Below the pieces are notes generated by a model. The model was not told the origin of the DNA and did not search any database. It worked only from the letters and a program-made list of their open reading frames with translations. Positions 8,125-20,100 of a DNA stretch of 50,668 nt are shown one piece after another. The position numbers and the translations under genes were made by a program. This DNA is from Bacteroidia bacterium (lineage in GTDB: Bacteria; Bacteroidota; Bacteroidia; UBA4408): positions 1 through 50,668 of the forward strand of contig JACMRI010000061.1 of the NCBI GenBank assembly GCA_014376525.1. Reading direction: 5' to 3'. The stretch's first letter is position 1. Every line of letters begins with the position of its first letter.

Positions 8125-10218
8125 ATGACAACATTAGAAAGAATAAGAAACAGAGCTGGCCTATTGGTAGGCGTAGTAATGTTTGCTTTAATAGCATTTG
8201 TATTAGGCGATTTTCTTAAATCGGGACGTTCTTTTTTTGGCGACGACCCCACTAAAATGGGAACAATTGGTAGCAAAGAAATAGATGTGCAAGAGTTTGA
8301 AGCTAAGTTAGATGTTGCCAAAAGAAATATGCAACAACAGCAACAAAAAGGCGAATTAGACGATGCTAGTGTAGATATGCTGCGCAATCAAGTTTGGAAT
8401 CAAATAGTGTACGAAACTGTAATGACTAAACAATTTAACGAACTAGGATTGCAAGTAGGTACAGATGAATTATTTGATATGGTGCAAGGTAAAAACCCTC
8501 ACCCCCAAGTAGTACAAGCATTTACTGACCCTAAAACTGGGCAGTTTTCGCCGGGTACTGTGGTGCAATTTTTAAATAATTTAGATAAAAATCCTGAAGG
8601 AAAAGCACAGTGGTTAGATTTTGAAAAAGGTATTAAAGCAGAGCGATTAAGCAATAAATATAATACGCTGGTAAAAGCAGGCATGTACATTACTAAAGCC
8701 GAAGCACAAGATAATTATGTAGATATGAACCGTTTGGCCAAATTTCAATATGTTACTAAACGCTACAGCGACGTGTTAGACAGCACTGTTAAGTTTGACG
8801 ATAGCGATTTAAAAACTTATTATAACGCACACAAAAACAAATACAAACAAGAAGATGCTACGCGTTCATTTGATTATGTAGTGTTTGAACCAACTCCATC
8901 TGCCGAAGATTTAAAAGCGGCTAACGATGAAATAGCTAAAATAGCTACCGAATATGCAGCTACTAAAGAAGACTCAGCATTTGTACTAAGTAACTCCGAT
9001 GTACAACCTAACTTAGCATTTGTTAAAAAAGGTACTGTATTAGGCCCTATTATGGATTCTATGATGTTTCGTGCTACAGTTGGATATGTATACGGTCCTT
9101 ATAACGATGGCGCTTCGTTAAAAGTAGCCAAGTTAATGAATACTAAAAATGTAGCCGATTCAGTAAAAGCACGCCACATACTTATAAAGCCAATAGGTGG
9201 CGATATGGCCAAAGCTAAAGTAAAAGCAGATAGTTTAAAGAAAATGATTACCGACAAAAAAATGTCATTTGAAATCTTAGCTGCGCAAGCATCAGAAGAC
9301 GAAGGTTCTAAAGTAAAAGGGGGCGACTTAGGTTGGTTTCAGGACGGTATGATGGTAAAGCCATTTAACGATGCTTGTTTTGCAGGTAAAGTAGGCGACT
9401 TAACAGTAGTAGAATCGCAATTTGGTGTACACATTATACAAATAATGGGTAAAGGTGCCGAAAGCAAACGTGTACAAGTAGGTATAGTAGAGCGTGCAGT
9501 ACGCCCAAGCAACAAAACCTACCAAAGCGTATATGCTAAAGCAAGCGATTTTTCGGGTAAAAACACCACCGCCGAAACATTTGACAAAGCAATAGTTGAT
9601 GGCGGATTAAACAAACGTATAGCAAGCGATATTAAACAACTTGACCGTAATATACCTGGTGTAAACGGCGCAAGAGAATTGATAAAATGGGCGTATACTG
9701 CTGAGAAAAATGCAATATCATCGGTGTTTGAAGCTGACGGTAAATATGTAATAGCTAAATTAACTAACGTTAAGGACAAAGGTATTGCAACATTAGAAGC
9801 AGTAAAAGAACAAGTGGAAATAGAAGTACGCAAAGAGAAAAAAGCAGAACAATTCTTAAAAGAAATAGAAGGCGCAACAACATTGGAGGTTGCTGCAACT
9901 AAACTTAAAAGTAGCGTGCAAACTGCTGATAATACTAACTTTGGCTCAGGCTATATACCAGGCTTAGGACGCGAAGTTGATGTAACTGCGTTTGTATTTG
10001 CAGGTAAAAAAGGGACAGTATCAAAAGGAATTAAAGGCGAAAATGGCGTATATATGGTTAAAGTAGAAACTATTACCGAAGCAAAACCAACCACCGATAA
10101 TTATAAACAAAACAAAGACATGCTAAACAATCAAATGAAGCAACGTGCCGACTATGAATTGTTTAACGCATTAAAAGACAAAATAGAAATAAAAGATAAT
10201 CGTGCTAAATTTATGTAG
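8125..10218 (+). CDS. PpiD/SurA-like membrane-anchored parvulin peptidyl-prolyl isomerase
   Basis: N-terminal TM anchor (LERIRNR...FALIAFVLGD), SurA_N-like region, rotamase motifs ARHILIK, SEDEGS, GGDLGWF, SQFGVHII. Confidence 0.9.
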   Translation: MTTLERIRNRAGLLVGVVMFALIAFVLGDFLKSGRSFFGDDPTKMGTIGSKEIDVQEFEAKLDVAKRNMQQQQQKGELDDASVDMLRNQVWNQIVYETVMTKQFNELGLQVGTDELFDMVQGKNPHPQVVQAFTDPKTGQFSPGTVVQFLNNLDKNPEGKAQWLDFEKGIKAERLSNKYNTLVKAGMYITKAEAQDNYVDMNRLAKFQYVTKRYSDVLDSTVKFDDSDLKTYYNAHKNKYKQEDATRSFDYVVFEPTPSAEDLKAANDEIAKIATEYAATKEDSAFVLSNSDVQPNLAFVKKGTVLGPIMDSMMFRATVGYVYGPYNDGASLKVAKLMNTKNVADSVKARHILIKPIGGDMAKAKVKADSLKKMITDKKMSFEILAAQASEDEGSKVKGGDLGWFQDGMMVKPFNDACFAGKVGDLTVVESQFGVHIIQIMGKGAESKRVQVGIVERAVRPSNKTYQSVYAKASDFSGKNTTAETFDKAIVDGGLNKRIASDIKQLDRNIPGVNGARELIKWAYTAEKNAISSVFEADGKYVIAKLTNVKDKGIATLEAVKEQVEIEVRKEKKAEQFLKEIEGATTLEVAATKLKSSVQTADNTNFGSGYIPGLGREVDVTAFVFAGKKGTVSKGIKGENGVYMVKVETITEAKPTTDNYKQNKDMLNNQMKQRADYELFNALKDKIEIKDNRAKFM

Positions 10219-10232
10219 TATGTACTAATCTT

Positions 10233-10261
10233 AAAAAACCTCCAGCATTTGGGGGTTTTTT
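10233..10261 (+). terminator. Intrinsic terminator
   Basis: AAAAAACCTCCA-GCATT-TGGGGGTTTTTT. Confidence 0.75.
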
Positions 10262-10318
10262 AATTTTAAAATTCAGTTTAAGAACTAATTTATAATCAAT
10301 AATAAAAAATACAACACC

Positions 10319-12586
10319 ATGACATTTGACTTAGAAATGATTAAAGCCTATTACGCAACAATGGGCGCAAAAATTGATGCAGCACGTAACGTAGTAAACA
10401 AACCGCTTACGCTAACCGAAAAAATATTATACACACACCTTACCGAAGGTGCGGCTACAAAAGCCTACAAACGTGGTGCCGATTACGTAGATTTTAACCC
10501 CGACCGTGTAGCCATGCAAGATGCTACGGCACAAATGGCGTTATTGCAATTTATGCAAGCGGGTCGCCCTAAAGTGGCAGTACCCTCAACAGTACACTGC
10601 GACCACTTAATTACAGCTAAGGTAGGCGCATCAACCGATTTGAGCAAAGCCAACGTAGAAAACGTAGAGGTGTATGACTTTTTATCGTCAGTATCTAACA
10701 AATATGGTATTGGTTTTTGGAAACCAGGTGCAGGTATTATACACCAAGTAGTGCTAGAAAACTATGCGTTCCCAGGCGGAATGATGATAGGTACAGATTC
10801 GCACACCGTAAATGCAGGCGGATTAGGAATGGTAGCCATAGGCGTAGGCGGAGCTGATGCTTGCGATGTAATGGCAGGATTACCATGGGAACTTAAATTT
10901 CCAAAATTAATAGGCGTAAAACTTACAGGTAAACTAAGTGGTTGGTCATCGCCTAAAGATGTAATACTTAAAGTAGCAGGTATACTTACAGTAAAAGGTG
11001 GAACAGGTGCTATAGTAGAATATTTTGGCGAAGGAGCTACCAGTATGAGCTGTACTGGCAAAGGTACTATATGTAACATGGGTGCCGAAATTGGTGCTAC
11101 TACATCTACATTTGGCTACGACCAAAGTATGGAGCGTTACTTACGTGCTACAGGCAGAGCAGATGTGGCCGATGCTGCTAATGGCATAAAAGCACACTTA
11201 AATGCTGATGCAGAAGTATTGGCTAACCCCGAATTATATTTTGACCAAGTAATAGAAATTAACTTATCAGAATTAGAGCCTCATGTAAATGGTCCTTTTA
11301 CTCCTGATTTGGCTACACCAATATCTAAATTAAAAGAAGTAGCATTAGCTAACGGCTGGCCTATGAAAATAGAAGCGGGCTTAATAGGTTCGTGCACAAA
11401 TTCATCTTACGAAGATATTGCACGTGCCGTAAGTATAGCTAAGCAAGTGCCTGCCTTAGGTTTAACAAGCAAAGCAGAATATATGATTAATCCAGGTTCG
11501 GAGCAAATACGCTATACTATTGCACGCGATGGCTTCCTTGATGTATTAGGCGGCATGGGTGCGCAAGTATTTACTAATGCGTGTGGTCCTTGTATTGGTA
11601 TGTGGGATAGAGTAGGTGCGGAGAAACAAGAAAAAAACACCATTATACATTCGTTCAACCGTAACTTTGCCAGACGTGCCGATGGCAACCCCAACACTTA
11701 CGCATTTGTGGCTTCGCCAGAAATAGTAACCGCACTTGCCATTGCAGGAGATTTATCATTTAACCCATTAACAGATACATTAACCAACAATAAAGGTGAG
11801 CAAGTAAAATTACAAGCACCAACTGGCGATGAGTTACCAAGCAAAGGTTTTGCCGTAGAGGATGCAGGCTATCAAGCCCCTGCGGCCGATGGTAGCTCGG
11901 TAAACATAGCGGTATCGCCTACTAGCGACCGTTTGCAATTACTTGCTCCATTTACAGCATGGGAAGGGGTGGACTTAAAAGGATTAAACTTATTAATAAA
12001 AGCCAAAGGTAAATGCACCACCGATCACATATCTATGGCGGGCCCATGGTTAAAGTATCGTGGACATTTAGATAATATATCTAACAATATGTTGATAGGT
12101 GCTATAAACGCATTTAACGACAAACCAGATAGCGTTAAAAACAAATTGACAGGCGCTTACGACGGTGTGCCAAAAGTACAACGTGCCTATAAAGCAGCTA
12201 ACGTAGGAAGTATAGTAGTAGGCGACGAAAACTATGGCGAAGGCAGTAGCCGTGAGCATGCAGCTATGGAACCGCGCCACTTAGGCGTACGTGCAGTGTT
12301 GGTAAAATCGTTTGCCCGCATACACGAAACTAACCTTAAAAAACAAGGTATGTTGGGTTTAACATTTGCTGATAAAAACGACTACGAAAAAATAAAAGAA
12401 GACGACACATTTGATATTTTGGGTTTAACTACATTTGCTCCAAACACACCGCTAACACTGGCTATACACCACGCCGATGGTACAACTGAAACCATATTAG
12501 TAAACCATACATACAATGCACAACAAATAGAATGGTTTAAAGCTGGAGGTGCACTTAACATTATACGTGCAAGCGTAAAACAGTAA
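10319..12586 (+). CDS. acnA: Aconitate hydratase (mitochondrial-type)
   Basis: [49 protein letters not shown] and [10 protein letters not shown] motifs. Confidence 0.96.
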   Translation: MTFDLEMIKAYYATMGAKIDAARNVVNKPLTLTEKILYTHLTEGAATKAYKRGADYVDFNPDRVAMQDATAQMALLQFMQAGRPKVAVPSTVHCDHLITAKVGASTDLSKANVENVEVYDFLSSVSNKYGIGFWKPGAGIIHQVVLENYAFPGGMMIGTDSHTVNAGGLGMVAIGVGGADACDVMAGLPWELKFPKLIGVKLTGKLSGWSSPKDVILKVAGILTVKGGTGAIVEYFGEGATSMSCTGKGTICNMGAEIGATTSTFGYDQSMERYLRATGRADVADAANGIKAHLNADAEVLANPELYFDQVIEINLSELEPHVNGPFTPDLATPISKLKEVALANGWPMKIEAGLIGSCTNSSYEDIARAVSIAKQVPALGLTSKAEYMINPGSEQIRYTIARDGFLDVLGGMGAQVFTNACGPCIGMWDRVGAEKQEKNTIIHSFNRNFARRADGNPNTYAFVASPEIVTALAIAGDLSFNPLTDTLTNNKGEQVKLQAPTGDELPSKGFAVEDAGYQAPAADGSSVNIAVSPTSDRLQLLAPFTAWEGVDLKGLNLLIKAKGKCTTDHISMAGPWLKYRGHLDNISNNMLIGAINAFNDKPDSVKNKLTGAYDGVPKVQRAYKAANVGSIVVGDENYGEGSSREHAAMEPRHLGVRAVLVKSFARIHETNLKKQGMLGLTFADKNDYEKIKEDDTFDILGLTTFAPNTPLTLAIHHADGTTETILVNHTYNAQQIEWFKAGGALNIIRASVKQ

Positions 12587-12600
12587 CCATACATTTTATT

Positions 12601-12645
12601 ACACTAAAAAAATTCTCTATTACAAATAGGGTATTTTTTTAGTGT
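12601..12645 (+). terminator. Intrinsic terminator
   Basis: ACACTAAAAAAA-TTCTCTATT-ACA-AATAGGGTA-TTTTTTTAGTGT inverted repeat just after the acn stop. Confidence 0.75.
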
Positions 12646-12862
12646 GGATAATTAAAAGTAAATGTTGATTATAGTTACTTATGTTAATTCATACAATTTC
12701 CTAAAAATTTGTTTTGGTTTAAAATGTAAAAATGTTCGGGAAACGGTGGGTTTAAAAAACAAATTAACGAACGGCTTCAACAGCTCTGCTCAAGAGTAAT
12801 TTAGTTAATTATAATAAAAATTCAAATAGGTTTTAATAATTGGTACTATAATATAAAACACA

Positions 12863-13264
12863 ATGAAAATACTATTTCAGCTACTATTTTGCACATTGCT
12901 ATTAACAGCTTGCAAAAAAGAAACTCAAACTACCAACGCTGCTGCTGCTAACGCCACGGTTGTGCGTACAGGAATATTTGTGCAAAATTCGCATAAGGCA
13001 AGCGGTACAGTTAAAGTAACAACAGAGCAAGGGTTTAGAAAATTATATTTTGAAAACTTTGCTACCGATGCTGGTGCTAATGTGCATATTTATTTATCAA
13101 AAGATGCTACTAATTCTGATTTTAAAGATTTGGGTGGCTTACAAGCTATTAGCGGTAATCAGGTATATCAAATAGATAATAATACAGACCTAAACTTATA
13201 CAAATTTGTACTAATATGGAATATGCCTACATCAGAATTATATGGCTATGCTGAACTCAAATAA
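12863..13264 (+). CDS. DM13-domain lipoprotein
   Basis: Lipobox LLTAC; H-x-ASGTV, LYFENF, IYLS, DLGGL, GNQVY, YKFVLIW and GYAEL match the DM13 pattern. Confidence 0.75.
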   Translation: MKILFQLLFCTLLLTACKKETQTTNAAAANATVVRTGIFVQNSHKASGTVKVTTEQGFRKLYFENFATDAGANVHIYLSKDATNSDFKDLGGLQAISGNQVYQIDNNTDLNLYKFVLIWNMPTSELYGYAELK

Positions 13265-13268
13265 AATA

Positions 13269-13751
13269 ATGAATACTACAGGTATATACGATTTGTTAGC
13301 GCAAGTACCCGACCCCGAAGTGCCTGCCATAAACATAATAGAATTGGGAATTGTAAGAGATGTAACCGAAACAAATGGACAAATAATAATAACTATTACA
13401 CCTACCTACACAGGTTGCCCCGCTATGAAAGTAATAGAGCAAGATATTGCTCAACTATTTACTGCGCAAAACATAACTAATTACACCATTAAAACGGTAT
13501 TAAACCCCGCTTGGACTACCGATTGGATAACTAAAGAAGGACGAGATAAACTACTCGCCTACGGCATAGCACCACCCATAACTACTACTGCCAATAAAAA
13601 AATACTGTTGGGAGATACTCCCATTATTGCTTGCCCACAATGCAAATCTACTAATACTACTATGGTTTCGCAGTTTGGCTCTACTGCATGTAAAGCCTTG
13701 TGGAAATGCGCTGATTGTTTAGAGCCATTTGATTATTTTAAATGCTTGTAA
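13269..13751 (+). CDS. paaD: 1,2-phenylacetyl-CoA epoxidase accessory subunit PaaD (also called PaaJ)
   Basis: VPDPEVP, ITPTYTGCPA, PAWTTDW, YGIAPP, CPQC, FGSTACKA and CLEPFDYFK motifs; start moved to the ATG at 13269 after the DM13 stop. Confidence 0.92.
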   Translation: MNTTGIYDLLAQVPDPEVPAINIIELGIVRDVTETNGQIIITITPTYTGCPAMKVIEQDIAQLFTAQNITNYTIKTVLNPAWTTDWITKEGRDKLLAYGIAPPITTTANKKILLGDTPIIACPQCKSTNTTMVSQFGSTACKALWKCADCLEPFDYFKCL

Positions 13752-13826
13752 TTACGTGCAAAAAAATAATTATTACACATAAATTTAGTACTTTAGAGAA
13801 TTATTAAAACAATATAGATTCTCAAA

Positions 13827-16800
13827 ATGCTAAAACATTTACTACCGTTTACGTTTTGCTTGTGTATAATACAATTACACGCACAACATCTTTCTACAGC
13901 AAGTAGTAGTGGTAAGCTTATGGCTTGTGGTACATGTGCAGCTAATGCAGGTTTCGAAACAACTAATACCAACGACTGGATAGCGCAAAGTGGTACAATA
14001 GGCAACTTTACTGGAGGTTTAAACTTTAGTACAAACACACCCAATACCGATGTAGCACAACACACAATAGTAACAAGCGGTAACGATGAGGTGGGTGGGT
14101 TTCCTCGTGTGTGCAATTTAATTGCAGGTAATACATCGTCGTTACGCTTGGGTAATGCGGGTAATAATTCTGGATCAGAGAATATTAGTTATCAATTTAT
14201 AGTTAATGCAGCAACTCCGTTTTTTACATACTATTATGCTGTTGTGTTAGAGGGAGCAGGAAATAATCATACGCCACCTAATCAATCTCGTTTTACAGTA
14301 AGTATGACAGACGGCACCAATACACCTATACAATGTGCAGCTTATGAAATTAATGGAAGCAACGCAGCTACAATAGGCGGATTTACTAATGTACAAGGTG
14401 GGTTGTATAAAGAGTGGACACCAGTAATAATTCCGCTTAACGCATTTGTTGGGCAATGTGTTACCATTAGTTTTGAAACTCGAGACTGCAACTTTGGCGA
14501 CCACTTTGGCTATGCCTATATTGATGCTGATTGCTCTACCCCAATAATAAAAGCACCACCAATTAATTGCGACAATTTAAAATCAAATGCTACATTATAC
14601 GGACCAATAGGAGCTGGCAGTTACACATGGACAGGACCAAATATACAAGGCGCAAGTAACTTAGATAGTGTAGTAGTAGCTGGTGCGGGGCATTGGGATT
14701 GCTTGATGACCACCAAAACAAGCAATGGAGGCACGCCCTGTACGTTTACACTATCTACAGATATACTACCCACTACATTTACACCAAAGGCACAATTTAC
14801 CTATAATACTGCTTGTGCGGGCGATGCTGTTAGTTTTAATAATACTACTACACCTAATAATGTGTGGACGGACTATGCTTGGGATTTGGGCAACAATGGT
14901 ACTGTAGATGCAATATCGTATGATACAAGCGATGTGCAGTTTCCTAATACTACGCAACAACCCATTTCTATACCCGTAAAACTTTCAATGAGTAATAACT
15001 ATTGCACCGCTGATACCGTTATTTTTATAACCATTAATCCTAAACCTATTGCTAATGCTGGGGTTAATGTACAAGTGTGTAACGGCTCATCAGTTTTATT
15101 AAACAGTTCAACCAACTCATTATACGAGTGGTACAACGGATTAAACCAATTTTTTACGGTAGCTAATACTACACAAAGCTATACTACTACGCCGTTAAAC
15201 TCTGACAGTTATACATTGGTGGTAACTAATCAATATGGTTGTAAAGATACTGATGATGTGTATGTAAAAGTAAATCCTTCGCCAATAGCCAGTTTTATGG
15301 TAAACGATGTGTGCTACCCTAATGTAAGTACTTTTACCAACACTACTAGCAATACTGCCGTTGGCGATGTTTATACTTGGACATTGGAAACAGGAAGCAC
15401 CTCCAATACATTTAACACAAACTACACCTATACAAGCTGTGGTGTAAAACCAGTAAAATTGGTGGTTACAAGCGTTAATGGTTGTGTAAGTGTAGTACTA
15501 AATACTGCCAATATATATTGCAAACCCAAAGCTAGTATAACCGCAACGAATGAATGTATATATGATTCGGCAGTTTTTAATGCTATAAATTTTGGTGCAA
15601 CAGCCATTACCAGTTACAATTGGGACTTTAATTACGGTGCCGCTTCAATACAACTAGGAATGCCCATTGCAAATAATACAAGTGTAAAGGAACCAAGCAA
15701 CTTATATACAACAGACGGTACTAAAAACATAGCCTTAATAGTAACCAATAGCGATGGTTGCAAAGATTCGTTAGTACAATCAATAATAATATACCCGGTG
15801 CCTGTGGCGGCATTTAGTACTGGTAATGTATGTAGGAACGACACAAGCATTTTTACCAGCATATCTACCATTAATGCGCCTGATAATATAGTACAATATC
15901 AGTGGGATTATAACAACGACGGTGTATATGAAACTACAGCCACAACCAACACGCAAAAATATGTGTACCCTTATGTGTACAAAGGCGGTGCGTATTTAAT
16001 TACTACATCTAATCATGGTTGTAAAGATACTACCACAGCTGCTGTAGACATATATCCATTACCTACTACAAAATTTGAAGCCAAAAATAGTTGCGAAAAT
16101 ACCTTAATGCAATTTACCAATACTACCACTATTGCATACGGTAATATAACATCAAGCACTTGGCAATATACACCTACCAATAGTGCTACTACTATAGGTA
16201 CAGACTCCAGTTCTTTTACATTTTCGCTTGCTAATAATTACAATGTGTTACTAACTACAACATCTAACTTTGGTTGTGTAAATACTAAACTGAAAACGGT
16301 AACTGCATACCCTAACCCTAACCCCAATTTTACAGTAGTAAGTACAAAAGGTTGCGCACCATTTTGTTTGGACCAAACTAACACCAGTACTATTGATGTA
16401 AGCCTTGTGCCCACTACCATAGTTAATTACACGTGGTATTTTGGCAATGGCGATTCCAGTACTGTTAAAATGCCATTGTATTGTTATACAACTAAAACCA
16501 ACGATAATAAAAACAATTTTTACACCATACAACTTAAAGCCGAAAGTAATTATGGTTGTATAGGTGCTATTACCAAAATTGATTACTTAGAGTTGCTGCC
16601 TAAGCCTATAGCTAGCTTTGGTGCTAGTCCTACAGTTGCACAATTAAGTACTAACTTAATTGAAATTGTAGATAAGTCTATAAATTCAGTTAATACAACC
16701 TGGAATTATGGAGTGCCTTATCTTCCAATAAATACCAATGCTCCAGCCTATCATGCAATAAGTTATAATGATAGTGGTAACTTTGTAATAACGCAATATG

Positions 16801-17138
16801 TAGAAAATAAATATGGGTGTACCGATACTGCCAAGCAATACATTACTATAGTAAAAGATTACAATCTGTATATACCACAAGCTTTTTCGCCTAATGATGA
16901 TGCGCTAAACGACAGGTTTTTTCCGCAATTTTATGGTATTTCTAAGTATAATTTGGTGGTGTTTAATAGATGGGGAGATATAGTAGCCCGAATAAATGAA
17001 ACACAAAGTGGCTGGGACGGACTAAACGATAGTACCCAAGAAAAATGCAAACAAGATGTGTATGTGTGGACATTAAATTTTACCACATTACGAGGAAACA
17101 CAGGCGAAACAACAGGTAGAGTAACACTAATACGTTAA
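13827..17138 (+). CDS. Large PKD-repeat surface protein with T9SS type B (gliding-motility-associated) CTD
   Basis: Signal peptide; repeated PxAxF...C...W(D/Y)...GC-x-D units; C-terminal YIPQAFSPNDDALND...FNRWG...WDG...YVW...GRVTLIR. Confidence 0.9.
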   Translation: MLKHLLPFTFCLCIIQLHAQHLSTASSSGKLMACGTCAANAGFETTNTNDWIAQSGTIGNFTGGLNFSTNTPNTDVAQHTIVTSGNDEVGGFPRVCNLIAGNTSSLRLGNAGNNSGSENISYQFIVNAATPFFTYYYAVVLEGAGNNHTPPNQSRFTVSMTDGTNTPIQCAAYEINGSNAATIGGFTNVQGGLYKEWTPVIIPLNAFVGQCVTISFETRDCNFGDHFGYAYIDADCSTPIIKAPPINCDNLKSNATLYGPIGAGSYTWTGPNIQGASNLDSVVVAGAGHWDCLMTTKTSNGGTPCTFTLSTDILPTTFTPKAQFTYNTACAGDAVSFNNTTTPNNVWTDYAWDLGNNGTVDAISYDTSDVQFPNTTQQPISIPVKLSMSNNYCTADTVIFITINPKPIANAGVNVQVCNGSSVLLNSSTNSLYEWYNGLNQFFTVANTTQSYTTTPLNSDSYTLVVTNQYGCKDTDDVYVKVNPSPIASFMVNDVCYPNVSTFTNTTSNTAVGDVYTWTLETGSTSNTFNTNYTYTSCGVKPVKLVVTSVNGCVSVVLNTANIYCKPKASITATNECIYDSAVFNAINFGATAITSYNWDFNYGAASIQLGMPIANNTSVKEPSNLYTTDGTKNIALIVTNSDGCKDSLVQSIIIYPVPVAAFSTGNVCRNDTSIFTSISTINAPDNIVQYQWDYNNDGVYETTATTNTQKYVYPYVYKGGAYLITTSNHGCKDTTTAAVDIYPLPTTKFEAKNSCENTLMQFTNTTTIAYGNITSSTWQYTPTNSATTIGTDSSSFTFSLANNYNVLLTTTSNFGCVNTKLKTVTAYPNPNPNFTVVSTKGCAPFCLDQTNTSTIDVSLVPTTIVNYTWYFGNGDSSTVKMPLYCYTTKTNDNKNNFYTIQLKAESNYGCIGAITKIDYLELLPKPIASFGASPTVAQLSTNLIEIVDKSINSVNTTWNYGVPYLPINTNAPAYHAISYNDSGNFVITQYVENKYGCTDTAKQYITIVKDYNLYIPQAFSPNDDALNDRFFPQFYGISKYNLVVFNRWGDIVARINETQSGWDGLNDSTQEKCKQDVYVWTLNFTTLRGNTGETTGRVTLIR

Positions 17139-17174
17139 TTATTTAATAATTAATTTAACCATAACAACTGTATT

Positions 17175-20100
17175 ATGAAAAAGCATTTATATACCTTACT
17201 TATTGCTTATTTTTTAGTTGCACAAACCCTTGCACAACACACGCATGTTATGCCCAACGAAATGGCTACACATACACTTGCTAAGCAGTTTATGAGTACT
17301 ATGAATGAGTATAAATTAAACTTATTTAAGCAATATAAGTTTAGTGCAAGCAATGAAAAAATATTTGCAACCAAACATAATGAGCAGTTGTCTGGTGAAC
17401 AGAAAATGGTTGTAGCGCAAGCGTTCCACGAACTAAATGCAAGTGCTTACTTAGCCAAAAAAGAAATAGAATTAAAACAAAACGTAAGCAATTTAGTACG
17501 CACTTTTAATCCAACAATACCTGTTATAAGTAAAGCATCAATAAGCGCTAGAGGGGTGAGTAATGGTAATACCACAAACGCAATATCTTGTACAGCATGT
17601 GTTACCAATCCTGGATTTGAAAGCATAGGCGTGTCCGATTGGGAGGGGCAATTTGGTAATGGTGGAAGTTATACAGTAGGATACGATATGGGGCCAGATA
17701 ACGAAATAAATACAGCACCAAAAACACACCACATAACCACCGCCGGTAATGATGAAGTGGGAGGATTTCCACGTTTGTGTAACCTTATTCCTGATAATCA
17801 TCATTCGTTTAGATTAGGTAATAAAGTAAATGGATACAGCAATGAACGTATGACCTATCAGTTTGTAGTAGACTCTTTAAAGCCTTATTTTACTTATTAT
17901 TATGCTGTAGTTATTGAGGATGCAGGGCATGGCACTGCCGACCAACCTTACTTTACAGTAGCTATGAAAGATGCCTCTAGCAATCCTATTGCTTGCGCTT
18001 CGTATCTTGTAGCAGGCTCTACCACAGGTGTTGTGGGTGGTTTTACTAATGTAGGAAGTATTGCTTATAAATCATGGTCGCCTATAACTATACCACTAGT
18101 GGGGTACATAGGGCAGTGCGTTAGCATAACGTTTGAAACCAGAGATTGTACATTTGGCGGACATTGGGGGTATGCCTATATTGATGCTGATTGTACAGCG
18201 CCCGAAATAGTTTCTCCGCCATCTATTTGCAATAATGGAAAGTCGAAAGTAATATTACACGCTCCATTAGGCGCAGGTAGCTACACATGGAGCGGACCAA
18301 AAATACAAGGTGCTAATAATGCAGATAGTGTAGCTGTGGTAGGCTCGGGGCAATACACTTGTGTAATGACTACTGCAATAACGTCAGGAGGTTCGCCTTG
18401 CACGTACAGCGTTACACGTACAGTATTACCAGCACCTACACCTATAGCACAATTTACTAATAACACGCCCTGCTCAGGCGAAACCGTACAGTTTACCAAT
18501 ACTACTACACCAAGTGGAATATGGACAAGTTATCTGTGGGATTTTAATAACGACGCTACTGTAGATGCTACCACATTGAATACCGAAGCAACATTTTTTA
18601 ATGCAACTCCCAACACTATAAGTGTACCCGTGCGCTTACAACTAAAGACTGATTACTGTAATGCAGATACAGTTATTAATATAATAGTAAACCCGAAACC
18701 CATTGCCGATGCTGGCATTGACCAAGCTATATGTACAGGCTCGTCGTTTACAGTAAGTTGTACACCTACCGTATCTTACGAATGGTATGCTGGATTAAAT
18801 GTTTTTTCGAACACAGTAAGTACAAATCAAACATATACCACTACACCTATCTACTCCAATGATTATACTGTTATTGCTATTAACCAATATAGTTGCAAAG
18901 ATACTGATGATGTACGCATAACACTCAATAGAGTTCCTAACCCTGATTTTGCTGCACAAGATGTATGCTTCCCCGACAGTACACATTTTACAAGCCTAAG
19001 TAGCAATACTGGCGCAGGCGATACGTATACGTGGGTGTTTGAAAACAATAAAACAGGCAATGGAAATATTGCTGCTTACAACTATGCTACATGTGGTGCA
19101 AAACCTGTAACACTTATTATAAGCACAACTGATAATTGCGCTAATACAATAACCAAAAATGTAAATGTATTGTGCAAACCAGTAGCTAGTTTTACTACCA
19201 ACAACGTGTGCTTATATGACTCTGCCACATTTACAAATAGTAGCATTGGCAACACTACTATTAAAAAGTATCAATGGGACTTTGAGTATGGTAACAACAA
19301 TTTAATTAATCCGTCTTACGTAGCATTTAATGATACACTGCCCAATGTTAGTTATAAATATTTTGCCGAAGGAAATAAAAACGTAGTGCTAATTGTTACC
19401 AATACTGATGGTTGCAAGGACTCGGTACTTAAAACATTTACCGTGTATGCAACACCCACAGCAACATTTAATGCAGATAATGTGTGTTTAAATACGTCTA
19501 GTTTATTTATAAGTACATCAACTGTTAATGCTCCTGATGGCATTGCACAATACCAATGGGATTATAACAATGATGGGGTTACCGACCAAACATCAGCCTT
19601 AAATACACAAAACTATACTTACCCAGCAGTGTACAAAAACGATGCGCTATTAATAGTAACAACTACAAACGGTTGTAAAGATACAGCGGTGTTTCCTATA
19701 GAAATATATCCATTGCCAGTAGCACAATTTTATGCGCAAAATAAATGTAATGATAGTACCGTTACATTTATTAATAATAGTACTGTAAGCTATGGTTCAA
19801 TAAAAACAAGCACTTGGAGCTATACATTTACCGATGGAGCTATAAGCAATAGCACGGTAAGCACCTCATTTGTTTTTCCGCAGGAAGATTATTATCCCGT
19901 ACTATTAACGGCCACAAGTAACTTTGGCTGTGTAGATACTCAAATGCAGGTGATAACAATTTATCCTAATCCAATACCCGAATTTAGCAGTAACCAAAAA
20001 GGATGTACACCATTTTGCACTACCGAAATAAATAGCAGCACCATAAGCACAACTCCAGTAGCAAGTACCATAGATAAATACATGTGGAGTTATGGTACTG

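Noticed and set aside
12730-12800. Locally GC-rich patch upstream of the DM13 gene as a riboswitch/ncRNA
   Set aside because: No convincing stem or known riboswitch core motif.
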